This document shows, one piece after another, positions 18,143 through 28,068 of a stretch of 64,000 nucleotides of DNA. Under the pieces are notes generated by a model. That model saw nothing but the letters and a program-made list of their open reading frames with translations. It made no database searches and was not told the DNA's origin. Location: positions 1 through 64,000 of the forward strand of contig JALHMH010000014.1 of assembly GCA_022844165.1 (NCBI GenBank), given 5' to 3'. Numbering within the stretch: the first letter of the stretch is position 1; every line of letters begins with the position of its first letter. Source of the DNA: Lysobacterales bacterium. GTDB lineage: Bacteria > Pseudomonadota > Gammaproteobacteria > Xanthomonadales > SZUA-5. The position numbers and the translations under genes were made by a program.

Positions 18143-21100
18143 TCACGCGGTTGCCCTGGTCAGCAGGCCAATGACATCCTCATCGGAATAGGGTTTGCCC
18201 AATAGTGCGCTGACGCCTGCCTGAGTCGCGAGATCGCGATGTTTATCCGAAGATCGCGAGGTGATCATGACGATCGGCAGCGCCGCGAAGCGTTCGGATT
18301 GGCGCAGATGCTGCGTGAGTTCGAGCCCATTCATGCGCGGCATTTCCAGGTCGACGAGCAGCGCGCTGGGGTTCGAACGCTCAATGGCAATCAGTGCCTC
18401 CAGGCCATCTCGCGCCAGTTCAACGCGAAAACCGGTGTCGATCAGAAGTTCGCTCAGCGATTGTCGGATCGTGAGCGAGTCGTCGGCGACTACGATCAAT
18501 GGTGCGTTGAACTCGGCCTGCATTGTTGCCGCGGTTGCAATCGTCTCAGCGCCGATGAGTTCGCGCAAGTCAACAACCGGCGCGACGCTGCCGTCGCCAA
18601 GCAGTGTTGCGCCGCGGATGCCCATGATCGTTGGTAGATAGTCGCTTAGAGGCTTGATCACGATCGTTGCCAGCGACTCGACCTCAGGAAGCAGCATGAC
18701 CGAGACGACGCCATCGCTTCCGCGAAGGAGCGCAGCAACCGGCCGCGTTGGGGATGCATTGCCACCAACAACAGCTGAAACATCAATGGCCGTATGCCAC
18801 TGGCCATCGATCAGCACTTCACGCTGTTCGGTGCCGCGTTGATCATCCGAGGTGAGCGCAACCAGGCGTTCGATACTATCGGCCGCAAAGCAATAACGCT
18901 GTTGGCCAATGCGGATGATTGCCACCTGCAGGTTTCCGATGCTCAAGGGCAGCGCAAGCGAAAAACCTGTCCCTGCATTTTCTTCCGATTCGATGTTCAG
19001 AGTGCCGCCGAGGCGTTGGACACGTGCCGCAACGATGTCCAGGCCAACGCCTCGACCAGAGGTTTGAGTGACTTCGTTACGTGTTGTGAATCCGGGCAGC
19101 AGCAGATAGCGTCGCAATGTTGCGGCATCGGCTTCTGACGCCCCCGCAATTCCCAAAGCCAGCGCTCGTTGCCGCACGCGAGCATGATCGATGCCACCAC
19201 CGTCGTCGCGAAGTCTCACGAGCAGACTCTGACCTCGCACGCTGTAACTCAGTTCAAGCTGCCCGGCTGGGGGTTTACCGCGTTCCGACCGCAAAGCGGG
19301 TTCTTCAACTCCGTGATCGATCGCATTGCGGATCAGGTGCATGAGTGGCTCGACCAGACCTTCAAGCACCGTCTTGTCGATCGCAATCTCATCGCCAACG
19401 ACGCGGAAATCGATGCTCTTGGAGAGCTGCCGTGCCGTCTGCCTCGCGGCACGTTGGAAGCGAGCGGTCAGTTCCGACAGACGGACCAGGCGGGCCTGGC
19501 GCACGGTCGACTGGACCAGTTCATCGCCAACTTGTTTGCGACGGGCGAGTGTCTCGATTTGCACTCGCGCCACGGCAAACTGATGGCAGCGAGCTTGCAA
19601 GTCCGCCTGGACCTCTGTCACGCGCCGATTCAGCATGTCCAGTTCGTTGTAATTGTCCAACTCCAGAGCGTCGATTTCTTCGTTTCGTCTGCGTTGGGCG
19701 TCCAATGCACCGGCACGAAGTGTGACTTGCTCATCGAGCGCCTGGGCGACGGTCCTGAAAGCACTGAGTTCACTGCGAAGCTCAGATTCGGCGCGCTCCA
19801 GTTGACTCAGCGTATCGCCCATTTGGTTCGACAAAGCGACAGACTCAGCACTCTGTTCCAGCAAACGATCGAGAAGCCGACGGCTGATCGTCACCTGTTC
19901 ATCGCTCGGTTCCGGCACTTCCGCGGCCGTCTCGGAGACAATTTCAGGGCGCTTCTCGGGCACGTTTCCATCGGACAACTGATGCGCTTCAACGAGCGCC
20001 TGCTGCGCGGCCGAGGCAAGACCCGTGGTGTCACCGACATCGTCGTCGGCAACCATCAGCTCCGAAACGTCCTCGTCAATGGGTTCGCCACGTTCCAAAG
20101 CATCGGCGACGCGATACACGTTTGCCAGCACATCGCCTGCCTCGGGCGATTCACCTCGTCCGAGCACGGCATCGGACATCGCAGCAACGGTGTCAGCCGC
20201 CTCACTGAGCAAGTTGAGTACCGCATGCGGCACGTCATCCTGTTTGGTTAAGGCAACCAGAATGTCTTCGAGCGCATGCGTCAGATTGGCGAGGCCGCGA
20301 ATGCCGACCGTATTGGCATCGCCCTTGAGCGTATGAGCGAACCGTCTTGCATCGGTCAGCACTTCTCCACGTTCGCCAGCACGCAAACGCTCCACTGCGC
20401 TGGCCAGGCCATCGGCGTTTTGCGGAAGTTCCTGAAGCATGCCTCTGAGCACGCTTGGGATCACGTCTTCGGCCGGTGTCAGATCGAGATCGCCTTCATT
20501 GACAGCGCGACGCGGTCGCTCGGTATAGCTTGGGTCGATTGCAATACGCACACGGGCACACTCGGCTGCCAGCTGCGCGTCGATTTCCAAAACCGTAGCC
20601 AGAGACGCACCCGATTCCGCGGCCTGATCGATCGAGCCTTCGCTGGCTTGCAACAACTCACCCATTTGCACGAGCCAGTCGGCGAGCAACGCCAACGCAT
20701 CGTCGCTAAGGTCGCCGCGTTCCAGGTGCTCCGTCGCGCCCTTGAGTACACGTGCACTGTGCTCCAGGCCTAGCACATCAAATGCGTTGCCCTGTGCCTG
20801 CAACAAAAACATCAAGCTGATGCTGGGTTCGCGTGGCGCGGCGCTGATCGAAAATTCGACCAGACCTGGCAGTAGTTCGCCATGCAACGACTCGAGCAGC
20901 ATCTGGCTCTCTTCCGGCGCGATGTAAATCGGCCCATCGGCCGTCGACAGTTGCGGCTCAATCTCAGCATCCGTCGTCGCTGCCTCGGTCATGACAACCG
21001 GCGAAAACGCATCCGCAGCTACGGGGTCTGATTCAAGCTCGATTCCTGACAGCAGCGAGTCATTTCCTTCCGCTACCAGATCCGCAGGTTCGGCCGTTGC

Positions 21101-21505
21101 GATGCTCTGAGTGACCTGTGTCGATTCGGCCGCCGATGTTCTGCTGTCTTGAGCTTCTTCCATCAAGCGCGACAACCATGCTTCGCGCCGATCGGCGATA
21201 CCACTGACGACCAGTACATGGTCGATCGCGTTCTCGAGGCCCAAAGCCAGCGGGTTATCGCCGCCGGCCCAGGTTGCAGCTGCCAGCAAGGCTTCGCTCA
21301 AGATATCCGCTGGTACATCGCCTTGGGCTGTATCGATCCAGCGGGCGAGCAGCGAAAGCCATGCTCTCAGCGCATGGCGATCGGCCATTTCCGGTGTCCG
21401 TGCGCGCAGGGCAGCAACCAACAAAGTACGCTGCTCTGAATCCGACAAGTCAGCAGTCACTGACTCGGCTACAAGACCGTTCAGCGCATCGGCGAGTGAA
21501 CTCAT
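18143..21505 (-). CDS. Hybrid chemosensory histidine kinase (Hpt-HATPase-CheW-REC; ChpA/CheA-like)
   Basis: Hpt RRFAHTLKGDA; EPLMHLIRNAIDHGVE, DDGGGID, PGFTT..SGRGVGLD; CheW region IRGATLLGDG; C-terminal receiver VADDS..DLEMPRMNG..KP. Confidence 0.92.
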   Translation of the reverse strand: MSSLADALNGLVAESVTADLSDSEQRTLLVAALRARTPEMADRHALRAWLSLLARWIDTAQGDVPADILSEALLAAATWAGGDNPLALGLENAIDHVLVVSGIADRREAWLSRLMEEAQDSRTSAAESTQVTQSIATAEPADLVAEGNDSLLSGIELESDPVAADAFSPVVMTEAATTDAEIEPQLSTADGPIYIAPEESQMLLESLHGELLPGLVEFSISAAPREPSISLMFLLQAQGNAFDVLGLEHSARVLKGATEHLERGDLSDDALALLADWLVQMGELLQASEGSIDQAAESGASLATVLEIDAQLAAECARVRIAIDPSYTERPRRAVNEGDLDLTPAEDVIPSVLRGMLQELPQNADGLASAVERLRAGERGEVLTDARRFAHTLKGDANTVGIRGLANLTHALEDILVALTKQDDVPHAVLNLLSEAADTVAAMSDAVLGRGESPEAGDVLANVYRVADALERGEPIDEDVSELMVADDDVGDTTGLASAAQQALVEAHQLSDGNVPEKRPEIVSETAAEVPEPSDEQVTISRRLLDRLLEQSAESVALSNQMGDTLSQLERAESELRSELSAFRTVAQALDEQVTLRAGALDAQRRRNEEIDALELDNYNELDMLNRRVTEVQADLQARCHQFAVARVQIETLARRKQVGDELVQSTVRQARLVRLSELTARFQRAARQTARQLSKSIDFRVVGDEIAIDKTVLEGLVEPLMHLIRNAIDHGVEEPALRSERGKPPAGQLELSYSVRGQSLLVRLRDDGGGIDHARVRQRALALGIAGASEADAATLRRYLLLPGFTTRNEVTQTSGRGVGLDIVAARVQRLGGTLNIESEENAGTGFSLALPLSIGNLQVAIIRIGQQRYCFAADSIERLVALTSDDQRGTEQREVLIDGQWHTAIDVSAVVGGNASPTRPVAALLRGSDGVVSVMLLPEVESLATIVIKPLSDYLPTIMGIRGATLLGDGSVAPVVDLRELIGAETIATAATMQAEFNAPLIVVADDSLTIRQSLSELLIDTGFRVELARDGLEALIAIERSNPSALLVDLEMPRMNGLELTQHLRQSERFAALPIVMITSRSSDKHRDLATQAGVSALLGKPYSDEDVIGLLTRATA

Positions 21506-21511
21506 GGCCGT

Positions 21512-24028
21512 TTAACTCGGCAACTTGAATACGCGCACGGTATCGATCAGGCTCTTGGCTTGCACTAACAGCGCCTGGACGTTGTCGCGCTGCAGCTGGA
21601 GTTCTTTCAGCACGTTACGCGTCGATGCGTCGATGCGCCCGGCGCGCTCGACCAGCGTGTCGGAGATCGTGGCCTGCTCGCCACTGGTTTCGGCAATCTG
21701 GCGAACGGCTTCGGTCAACGCATCGGTTGCGGTCATCGAAGTCTGCACCTCTTCCCCAGCTTGTTCGGCCAGGCGGTTGATCTCGACGAAGCGACTGAGC
21801 GCTTCGTTCATGGAGCGCATTGTGTCCGAGGCGTCGGCCTGAATGCCGGAGACCAGGGTGGTAATCTGGCTGGTCGCACCACGTGCACTATCGGCCAGTC
21901 GTTTCACTTCGTCCGCAACCACCGCAAAACCGCGGCCGGCATCGCCCGCAGCCGCAGCCTGCATGCCTGCGTTCAGCGCCAGAATCGCCGTGCGTTCGGC
22001 GATCTGATTGATGATGTTGATCACGCCGGAAATTTCGTTCGAACGTTCCGCAAGTCGTTTAACGCGTTTTTCCGTTTCACGGATCTGTTCTCGAGATGCC
22101 GCGACGCCAGCGACGGTGTCGCTCACGATGGCCAGACCTTGTGCGGAAGCGCGGAGCGCATCTTCTGCTTTGCCGCGTGCGCCAGCGGCATCGCGAGCGA
22201 CGGTGGCGAGCGCGGTTGCAGCGGCTTTCAACTCATTCGACGCGCTCGTCACTTCGCGTTCCGAGTCCTGCGCAGACTCGTACACTGTGGCGGTGCGAGT
22301 GCGCAGCGCAATCGACGACTGAGCGACTTGATTTGCCACGCCGGTCACGTTGCGCAGCGCGCTCGACGTTTCTTGCACCAGCAGATTGATGGCGTCCGAA
22401 ACGGTGCCGGTCACGTCAGGGGTCACGGGCACGCGGACCGTCAGATCGTTCTGTGCGAGTTGCGATACCGATTGCATGATGGTGATGACCGACTCGTTCA
22501 ATTGGTCATTCTCGCGTTCGGCAGCGGCCATCGTTGCGACGCGTTCGTCGAGCAGTTTATCGAAGGCATTTCCCAGATCCGACAACTCGTCCGAACCTTT
22601 CAATCCGGCTCGTGCATCCATGTTGCCAGCCGTAAGCAGGCCGACCGTCGAGGATAATTGTTCGATGGGCGTATTGATGCCGCGCGCCAGGCGCGTTGCG
22701 ATCAGACTCGCCAACAACGCGAGAATCAGTGCGGTAATCGCGGCCGCGATAAGCATGCGCTGCAACAGATCCTCAACCGGTCGCAGGGCTTCGGCCTCGT
22801 CGATTTCTGCGGTAATCGCCCAGTTCAAGCCGAGCAATGGAAACGGCGCAAAAGCACCGATCACCGGCGTGCCGAACTTGTTTTTGTAGGTCTCGACGCC
22901 GTTCTCGCCGTTCAATGCCCTGGTAACGCCATCGGTAGCGACTTCGACAAGTCCGATGGTGTTCTTGCGCGCTTCAATGCCCGCAACTGCCGCAGCATCG
23001 GCGCCGCTGCCACGCAGCGCGGCGATATACGCGTTTGTGTCCTGTTGGATACCACGCGCGTTGCTGCGCAGCAATCGGTCAGACCCGACCAAAGAGACCT
23101 CACCGGTTTGGCCCAATCCGGCATTTCCCCATTGGCCCTGGAACGAGACGATAGCGTGGAACCGATCGACAGGAACCTGCGCTGCAAAAATGCCGACGAC
23201 CTGACCGTTGCGCAACAACGGGATCGAGAAGAACGCGGCGCCATCGTCATAGGACGGCAGGTATTTCTCGAAGTCGGTGATTTGCGGTTCAGTGGATGTG
23301 CCCAGCGCAGCTGCGCGTTCCCACGCCTTGGCCAGACCACTGCCAGCAAACGGACCGGTCTTCAGCGAGGTCGCAAAATCCAGTTCCTTGTAGTAGGTAT
23401 ACACGACATCGCCGGTTGCCGCGTCGATCAAAAAGACGTCATAGAACCCGTATTGTTCCACCAGCGACGCGCCGACCGGGTGCACTTTTTGGTGTAAGTC
23501 ATGGTAGGGGCCAGTGACATTCGGCGCGCGGTCCATCAAGCCCTTCTGACCCAGTGGATTCGGATTTGCGGTGATGTACAAATACTGCATTGCGACCGCG
23601 ACATCGGACAGTTGGGAGATCCGATCGGTAATATCGATCGTTGAGCCCGGGTTCTTGACAGAGTACTGTTGCGCAAAGTCGCCAGCGTAGTAGGCTCTCA
23701 GCGCGGCGCGCTGTTCATCGATACTGACCGGAACATCTGTGGCGACCGAGGGCATCGCATCGCGCAGCGCGATCATCGAGTCGACAATGGTTGGATTGGC
23801 AGCGGCCACACGCACGGTGCTCTGCAACAGACCGAAATATCCGGAAACTTCGTCGCGCTTGATCGATTGAATCGACGTGAGTTGCGCCTGTGCGCGTTCG
23901 ACCAGCGATTCGCGTGCATCGCGATAAGCGAGTGTCGAAATGACCGCTGCAGCGACGAGCAAAGGCAATAGCGCCACCGCCGTCACACCGTAGAGCAATC
24001 GTGCTCGAATGCTGCCAAAGCCTTTCAT
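21512..24028 (-). CDS. Methyl-accepting chemotaxis protein (PilJ-like) with large periplasmic Cache-type domain
   Basis: Two TM helices flank a large periplasmic region (YDVFLID..GDVVYT..KELDFAT; GLGQTGE); HAMP domains; signalling tip IAERTAILALNA..AAAGDAGRGFAVVADEVKRLA. Confidence 0.93.
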   Translation of the reverse strand: MKGFGSIRARLLYGVTAVALLPLLVAAAVISTLAYRDARESLVERAQAQLTSIQSIKRDEVSGYFGLLQSTVRVAAANPTIVDSMIALRDAMPSVATDVPVSIDEQRAALRAYYAGDFAQQYSVKNPGSTIDITDRISQLSDVAVAMQYLYITANPNPLGQKGLMDRAPNVTGPYHDLHQKVHPVGASLVEQYGFYDVFLIDAATGDVVYTYYKELDFATSLKTGPFAGSGLAKAWERAAALGTSTEPQITDFEKYLPSYDDGAAFFSIPLLRNGQVVGIFAAQVPVDRFHAIVSFQGQWGNAGLGQTGEVSLVGSDRLLRSNARGIQQDTNAYIAALRGSGADAAAVAGIEARKNTIGLVEVATDGVTRALNGENGVETYKNKFGTPVIGAFAPFPLLGLNWAITAEIDEAEALRPVEDLLQRMLIAAAITALILALLASLIATRLARGINTPIEQLSSTVGLLTAGNMDARAGLKGSDELSDLGNAFDKLLDERVATMAAAERENDQLNESVITIMQSVSQLAQNDLTVRVPVTPDVTGTVSDAINLLVQETSSALRNVTGVANQVAQSSIALRTRTATVYESAQDSEREVTSASNELKAAATALATVARDAAGARGKAEDALRASAQGLAIVSDTVAGVAASREQIRETEKRVKRLAERSNEISGVINIINQIAERTAILALNAGMQAAAAGDAGRGFAVVADEVKRLADSARGATSQITTLVSGIQADASDTMRSMNEALSRFVEINRLAEQAGEEVQTSMTATDALTEAVRQIAETSGEQATISDTLVERAGRIDASTRNVLKELQLQRDNVQALLVQAKSLIDTVRVFKLPS

Positions 24029-24079
24029 TGTCTTCCCCTTTTCTCTGCATTCATTTGATCAATCACAGCGGATTCGCCG

Positions 24080-24529
24080 CTAACCGCGGTAGCGCCGTTC
24101 CCGGCCCCAGCGCATCACATCGAACTCCACGCCGGCAAGCCCGCTTTCGCCCACAACACAGCGGCGACCGCAGTACCCATCGAATGCGCTACCCATATCG
24201 ACGGTTGCAGCGTCGCTCGTGTAGCGCACTCGGTCGAAGTTGATTTGTCCGTCACTGCTCACCGCAAACGACTCGCGTGCGAAGCGAAAGCTGATCAGCA
24301 CAGAGTTTTTCGCCGCGGTTTGCGGGTCCCACGGGTTATCGAACGCCAGTACAGGCAGAACGTCACCACGAACGCTCACCAACCCTTTCACCCAATCCGG
24401 CGCTCTGGGCAACGGAGCGACAGGGGTATCGAGCAGCACCTCCCCAAGTACACCTTGTGGTAGAACTAAGGCGACGGCGGCCCCGGCGAAGCGCAGCGTC
24501 ACGCGAAAATCGCCCCCGAAATCGCTCAT
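24080..24529 (-). CDS. CheW/PilI-like coupling protein
   Basis: LPRAPDWVKGLVSVRGDVLPV CheW motif; lies between the response regulator and the MCP. Confidence 0.85.
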   Translation of the reverse strand: MSDFGGDFRVTLRFAGAAVALVLPQGVLGEVLLDTPVAPLPRAPDWVKGLVSVRGDVLPVLAFDNPWDPQTAAKNSVLISFRFARESFAVSSDGQINFDRVRYTSDAATVDMGSAFDGYCGRRCVVGESGLAGVEFDVMRWGRERRYRG

Positions 24530-24530
24530 G

Positions 24531-24893
24531 TCACGCGAACGCCTTCACGGCCGCCAACACGTCTTCCTTCTTCGGTGGTTTTCCGATGAGTTGTTTGGCG
24601 CCTTGCATAGATGCCCAAAGCTGGTCAGCCTTTTGGCTCTTGCTGGAGACGATGACGATCGGGATCCCTTTGGTCGATGCGTTGGCACGCAGCTGTCGGC
24701 AAGCTTCGTAACCGTCCGTCTCGGGCATGACGACGTCCATAAAAATAATTGCCGGGAGCTCTGCGATTGCTTTGGCGACGCCTTCTTTGCCGTTGCTGGC
24801 AGTGGATGTGTCGTAACCTGCCTCATGCAACCAACTGCGAAGCTGCATCAGTTCCGCTGCCGAGTCGTCGACGATCAAAATTTTCTTGCCCAT
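24531..24893 (-). CDS. Single-domain response regulator, PilH-like
   Basis: Likely start MGKKILIVDDS at 24893; FMDVVMP..DGYEACR; D..W...QGA..KP resembles PilH. Confidence 0.88.
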   Translation of the reverse strand: MGKKILIVDDSAAELMQLRSWLHEAGYDTSTASNGKEGVAKAIAELPAIIFMDVVMPETDGYEACRQLRANASTKGIPIVIVSSKSQKADQLWASMQGAKQLIGKPPKKEDVLAAVKAFA

Positions 24894-24906
24894 TCCTTGC
24901 TCCAAG

Positions 24907-25740
24907 TCAGCCCAGACGTTTGTAGCCGCGCGCGGCCAGTTCATCGATGGTGTATCGCTTTGTCAGGTTCTTATGCACGGCTGCATAGAAGTCCTTGACG
25001 GTCACAGGTTTCGTGAGATACGTGTCGCATCCTGCCAACGCACCTCGAGCGCGATCGAACGGCGAAGAGCGCGAGGTCAACATGACAACGGACACATGTC
25101 GACCCGTTGGAATCTGGCGGATTTCACGACAGAGCTCGTAGCCATTAATGCCCGGCATGACAACGTCGAGAAAGATCAGGTCGTAAACGCGTGCTTGAAC
25201 CAGCGCTCGAGCTTCTTCGCCGTTCGCTGCCAGATCCACCTTCAGGCCGCAGCGGCCCAGCGTGACTTCAAGTTGCGTCCGAACCGTATTGCTGTCGTCG
25301 ACCACAAGGCCGTTCAGAATCAACGGTGCGGCCGGTTGTGAAGGTTCTTGCGCAGGGGCGCTGGCCACAGGTGGCGGCGGCGCACGTTCCATGTGCCCGG
25401 CAACGTTGCCCTTGAGTTTCATGTCAGCGATATTTTCGAGCACTCGAAAGCACTGCAGAACCAGGCTTTTCTTTGGGATTTTGTAGTTGCTCTCGCCGAG
25501 CGATCCCGATTCCGATATGTAGACCTCGATCATGTCGGGCGACTCGGATCGAAGGCGTTGAAGGTCCACGCGACTATCGCGTTGATCGGCATCAATGATC
25601 GCAATGTCCGCGAAGCCAGCGGCAGCGCTGTCGACGAGCTTGAATTCGAATCTGCGGTTGGGCGCGCGGCTCAGGACGATGTCGAGCAATCGTGCATCTT
25701 TCGGCTGAAGCGAGCATATGGCAACGATAAATCCGCTCAT
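24907..25740 (-). CDS. Response regulator: N-terminal pseudo-receiver plus PilG-like receiver
   Basis: C-terminal VVDDS..FLDVVMPGINGYELCR..MLTS..FDRARGALAGCDTYLTKP; the N-terminal alpha/beta region lacks the acidic pocket; Pro-rich linker. Confidence 0.85.
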   Translation of the reverse strand: MSGFIVAICSLQPKDARLLDIVLSRAPNRRFEFKLVDSAAAGFADIAIIDADQRDSRVDLQRLRSESPDMIEVYISESGSLGESNYKIPKKSLVLQCFRVLENIADMKLKGNVAGHMERAPPPPVASAPAQEPSQPAAPLILNGLVVDDSNTVRTQLEVTLGRCGLKVDLAANGEEARALVQARVYDLIFLDVVMPGINGYELCREIRQIPTGRHVSVVMLTSRSSPFDRARGALAGCDTYLTKPVTVKDFYAAVHKNLTKRYTIDELAARGYKRLG

Positions 25741-26156
25741 TCGTCTGCTCCTGAGGTATCGATGCCGATCGAAGTCGATTGATTTGGCAGGGCTTCTGAC
25801 ATCGCCTCAAGCAAGCCATCGACCCAGAACGGCTTCTGCAGGGTCGCCGCCACGCGCAGACCGAGCGCACGCATGTTGTTTGCCATGCGTTCGCGTGTTG
25901 CTTCATCCGAAGCACTCATAAGGATGATCGGCGTCTTTGGGATTTCCTCCGACATGTATGCCGCGATCCGAATGCACAACTGATCGGGCATGATCATGTC
26001 TAGAAGAACTGCCGACGGATGGCGTTCCAGCTGTGTTTTTGCCTCAACGAAATTGTGGCAGGTCGCCGACGCGTAACCGGCGAGACGTGCGATCTCGGTG
26101 ATCAGCAGACGCGCGTCTTCGTCGTCGTCGACGATGAGTACGAACTCCTCGGACAT
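25737..26156 (-). CDS. Single-domain response regulator
   Basis: LIVDDD, LLDMIMPD, ILMS and LQKPF motifs; 4-bp overlap with the next gene. Confidence 0.88.
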   Translation of the reverse strand: MSEEFVLIVDDDEDARLLITEIARLAGYASATCHNFVEAKTQLERHPSAVLLDMIMPDQLCIRIAAYMSEEIPKTPIILMSASDEATRERMANNMRALGLRVAATLQKPFWVDGLLEAMSEALPNQSTSIGIDTSGADE

Positions 26157-26247
26157 GTTGCTCTCCTTTGCGGTGAGCGAACACTAACCAAAGACAAGCG
26201 CGCTGCGACGCCTCAGCTTGTGAATTCTGTCATCAATGTCAGAATGT

Positions 26248-26955
26248 TCAGGCTGTGGCGGAAAGTGTCTGAGCCGCTTCGATGCGATAGCCGTGCAGAT
26301 AGATGGTCTTGAGCTGCCATCCGTTCCGCCCGTCGAGCCCCAGCTTACGGCGCAATCGGCTGATATAGGTATCCACAGAACGCGATGGGACATCCGGAGA
26401 CATGCGCCAGACTTCGCGCTGGATGCTGTCGCGACTGACCATCAGGTCGACACGGCGAAACAAATAGGCAGCCAAATCGAACTCGCGGTCGGTCACCGCT
26501 ATGCGTGTGCCGTTCAGAGCAATCGTTCGAGCTCGAAGATCGACCACAAATGGGGGTACCTCAACAATGCCGTCAAGCGCCGTCTCCACCCCGCTGCGGC
26601 GCAAAAGTGCCCGCAATCTGGCAATCAAGATTGCCGCATTGGGCGGCTTGCTCAGGTAGTCGTCAGCGCCAGCGTCCAGAGCAGCAACGGTGTCGGCATC
26701 CTGGTCCTTTGCGGTCAGAATCAGCACTGGCAGTGCGCTGTGTACGGAGTTGCGCAGCCAATGAACCAACTCAATGCCATTCTGATCAGGCAACATCCAG
26801 TCGAGAATGAGCGCATCAAGCGATCGCACCGCCAAACGTCGCCGAAATTCTGCGGCGTTACCATAGACTTCCGCATGATGGCCGGCACGTACCACGACCT
26901 CGCGCAGCCATGCGCTCTGATCTGCGTCGTCCTCAACGATGCCCACATTCGCCAT
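26248..26955 (-). CDS. OmpR/PhoB-family DNA-binding response regulator
   Basis: IVEDD, ILDWMLPD, AGADDYLSKP, winged helix TDREFDL..SRSVDTYISRLRRKL..GYR. Confidence 0.93.
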   Translation of the reverse strand: MANVGIVEDDADQSAWLREVVVRAGHHAEVYGNAAEFRRRLAVRSLDALILDWMLPDQNGIELVHWLRNSVHSALPVLILTAKDQDADTVAALDAGADDYLSKPPNAAILIARLRALLRRSGVETALDGIVEVPPFVVDLRARTIALNGTRIAVTDREFDLAAYLFRRVDLMVSRDSIQREVWRMSPDVPSRSVDTYISRLRRKLGLDGRNGWQLKTIYLHGYRIEAAQTLSATA

Positions 26956-27293
26956 GCGATCTCCATGTTCCGCCGTCAGCGCCGGGATAATGTTAACAAC
27001 AATTCACGCCGGCGCACGCATTGCCCGTGGTTTCGTGTTGAAACGCACCGCCGTGATACGTATCAGCCCGGGACTTATGGCGACAAGTAGCCACTGAGTC
27101 CTTGATGCAGCCGGATCTTCTCAGGCCAGCTATGTATGCTCGCTCGTTTTAGCCAAACCTCGCTGGCTCGCAGGTGTTGGAAGGCGAGGCGGATCGTCTG
27201 TTAATTCGATCGATTGGACAAATTCCGCGCCATCACCGCGAAACGGAGCCACAAATATCCTGGCTGAACGATGTACCGAACCAAGGAGGATGA

Positions 27294-28052
27294 ATGCGAC
27301 GCAAACTGGTGATCGGGAATTGGAAGATGAACGGCGCGAAGGCAGACATTGGAGCGTGGTTGGAGGGTGCGAACATTCTGGCGCGAAACCTGGCAATTCA
27401 AGTCGGAATTGCGCCGGCCGCACTGCATGCAAATTCAATACTGACAGGTCGGCAAGCACCTTTGCTTGTGGGAGGTCAGGATTGTTCGGCTGTGAGCAAC
27501 GGGGCGCGAACGGGAGAGGTCAGTGCGGCCATGCTGGCGGATGCAGGGTGCGATTTTGTCCTGGTAGGCCACTCGGAGCGTCGCCAGCATTGGGGCGAGT
27601 CGTCGGCGTTGGTGGCCCAAAAGTTCTTCCAGGCGCTTGATGCCGGATTGACGCCAGTACTCTGTGTCGGCGAAACGCGCGAGGAGCGAGCGCAAGGCGT
27701 GACCCGTAAGGTCTTGGCGGATCAAATTGGCGCGGTCATCGCCGCATGTGGTGTCGCTTCCTTCGCCTCCGCTATCGTCGCCTATGAGCCGGTGTGGGCG
27801 ATTGGAACCGGGCTGACTGCATCGCCTGAACAGGCGCAAGAGATTCATGCCTTCATCCGTGGCGAAATTTTTGCCGATGCTGCTATGCTTGCCAGCTCGC
27901 TGCTGCTGCTTTATGGCGGCAGCGTCAAGGGTAGCAATGCGAAGGATCTCTTCGCGCAAAAGGACATCGATGGCGGGCTCATTGGCGGCGCATCGTTGAT
28001 CCCCGAGGAGTTTGCTGCAATTTGCCGCGCGGCGGCAGCTACGGAAAGCTAA
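27294..28052 (+). CDS. tpiA: Triosephosphate isomerase
   Basis: GNWKMNG, GHSERR, AYEPVWAIGTG, YGGSVK and DGGLIGGASL motifs. Confidence 0.97.
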   Translation: MRRKLVIGNWKMNGAKADIGAWLEGANILARNLAIQVGIAPAALHANSILTGRQAPLLVGGQDCSAVSNGARTGEVSAAMLADAGCDFVLVGHSERRQHWGESSALVAQKFFQALDAGLTPVLCVGETREERAQGVTRKVLADQIGAVIAACGVASFASAIVAYEPVWAIGTGLTASPEQAQEIHAFIRGEIFADAAMLASSLLLLYGGSVKGSNAKDLFAQKDIDGGLIGGASLIPEEFAAICRAAAATES

Positions 28053-28068
28053 AAGTCGAGTCGATGGA

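Noticed and set aside
19169-20251. 360-aa plus-strand ORF and similar long antisense ORFs (e.g. 4240-5244, 41172-42149, 57833-58780, 61920-62939)
   Set aside because: All lie opposite well-supported genes and reflect codon bias, not independent genes.
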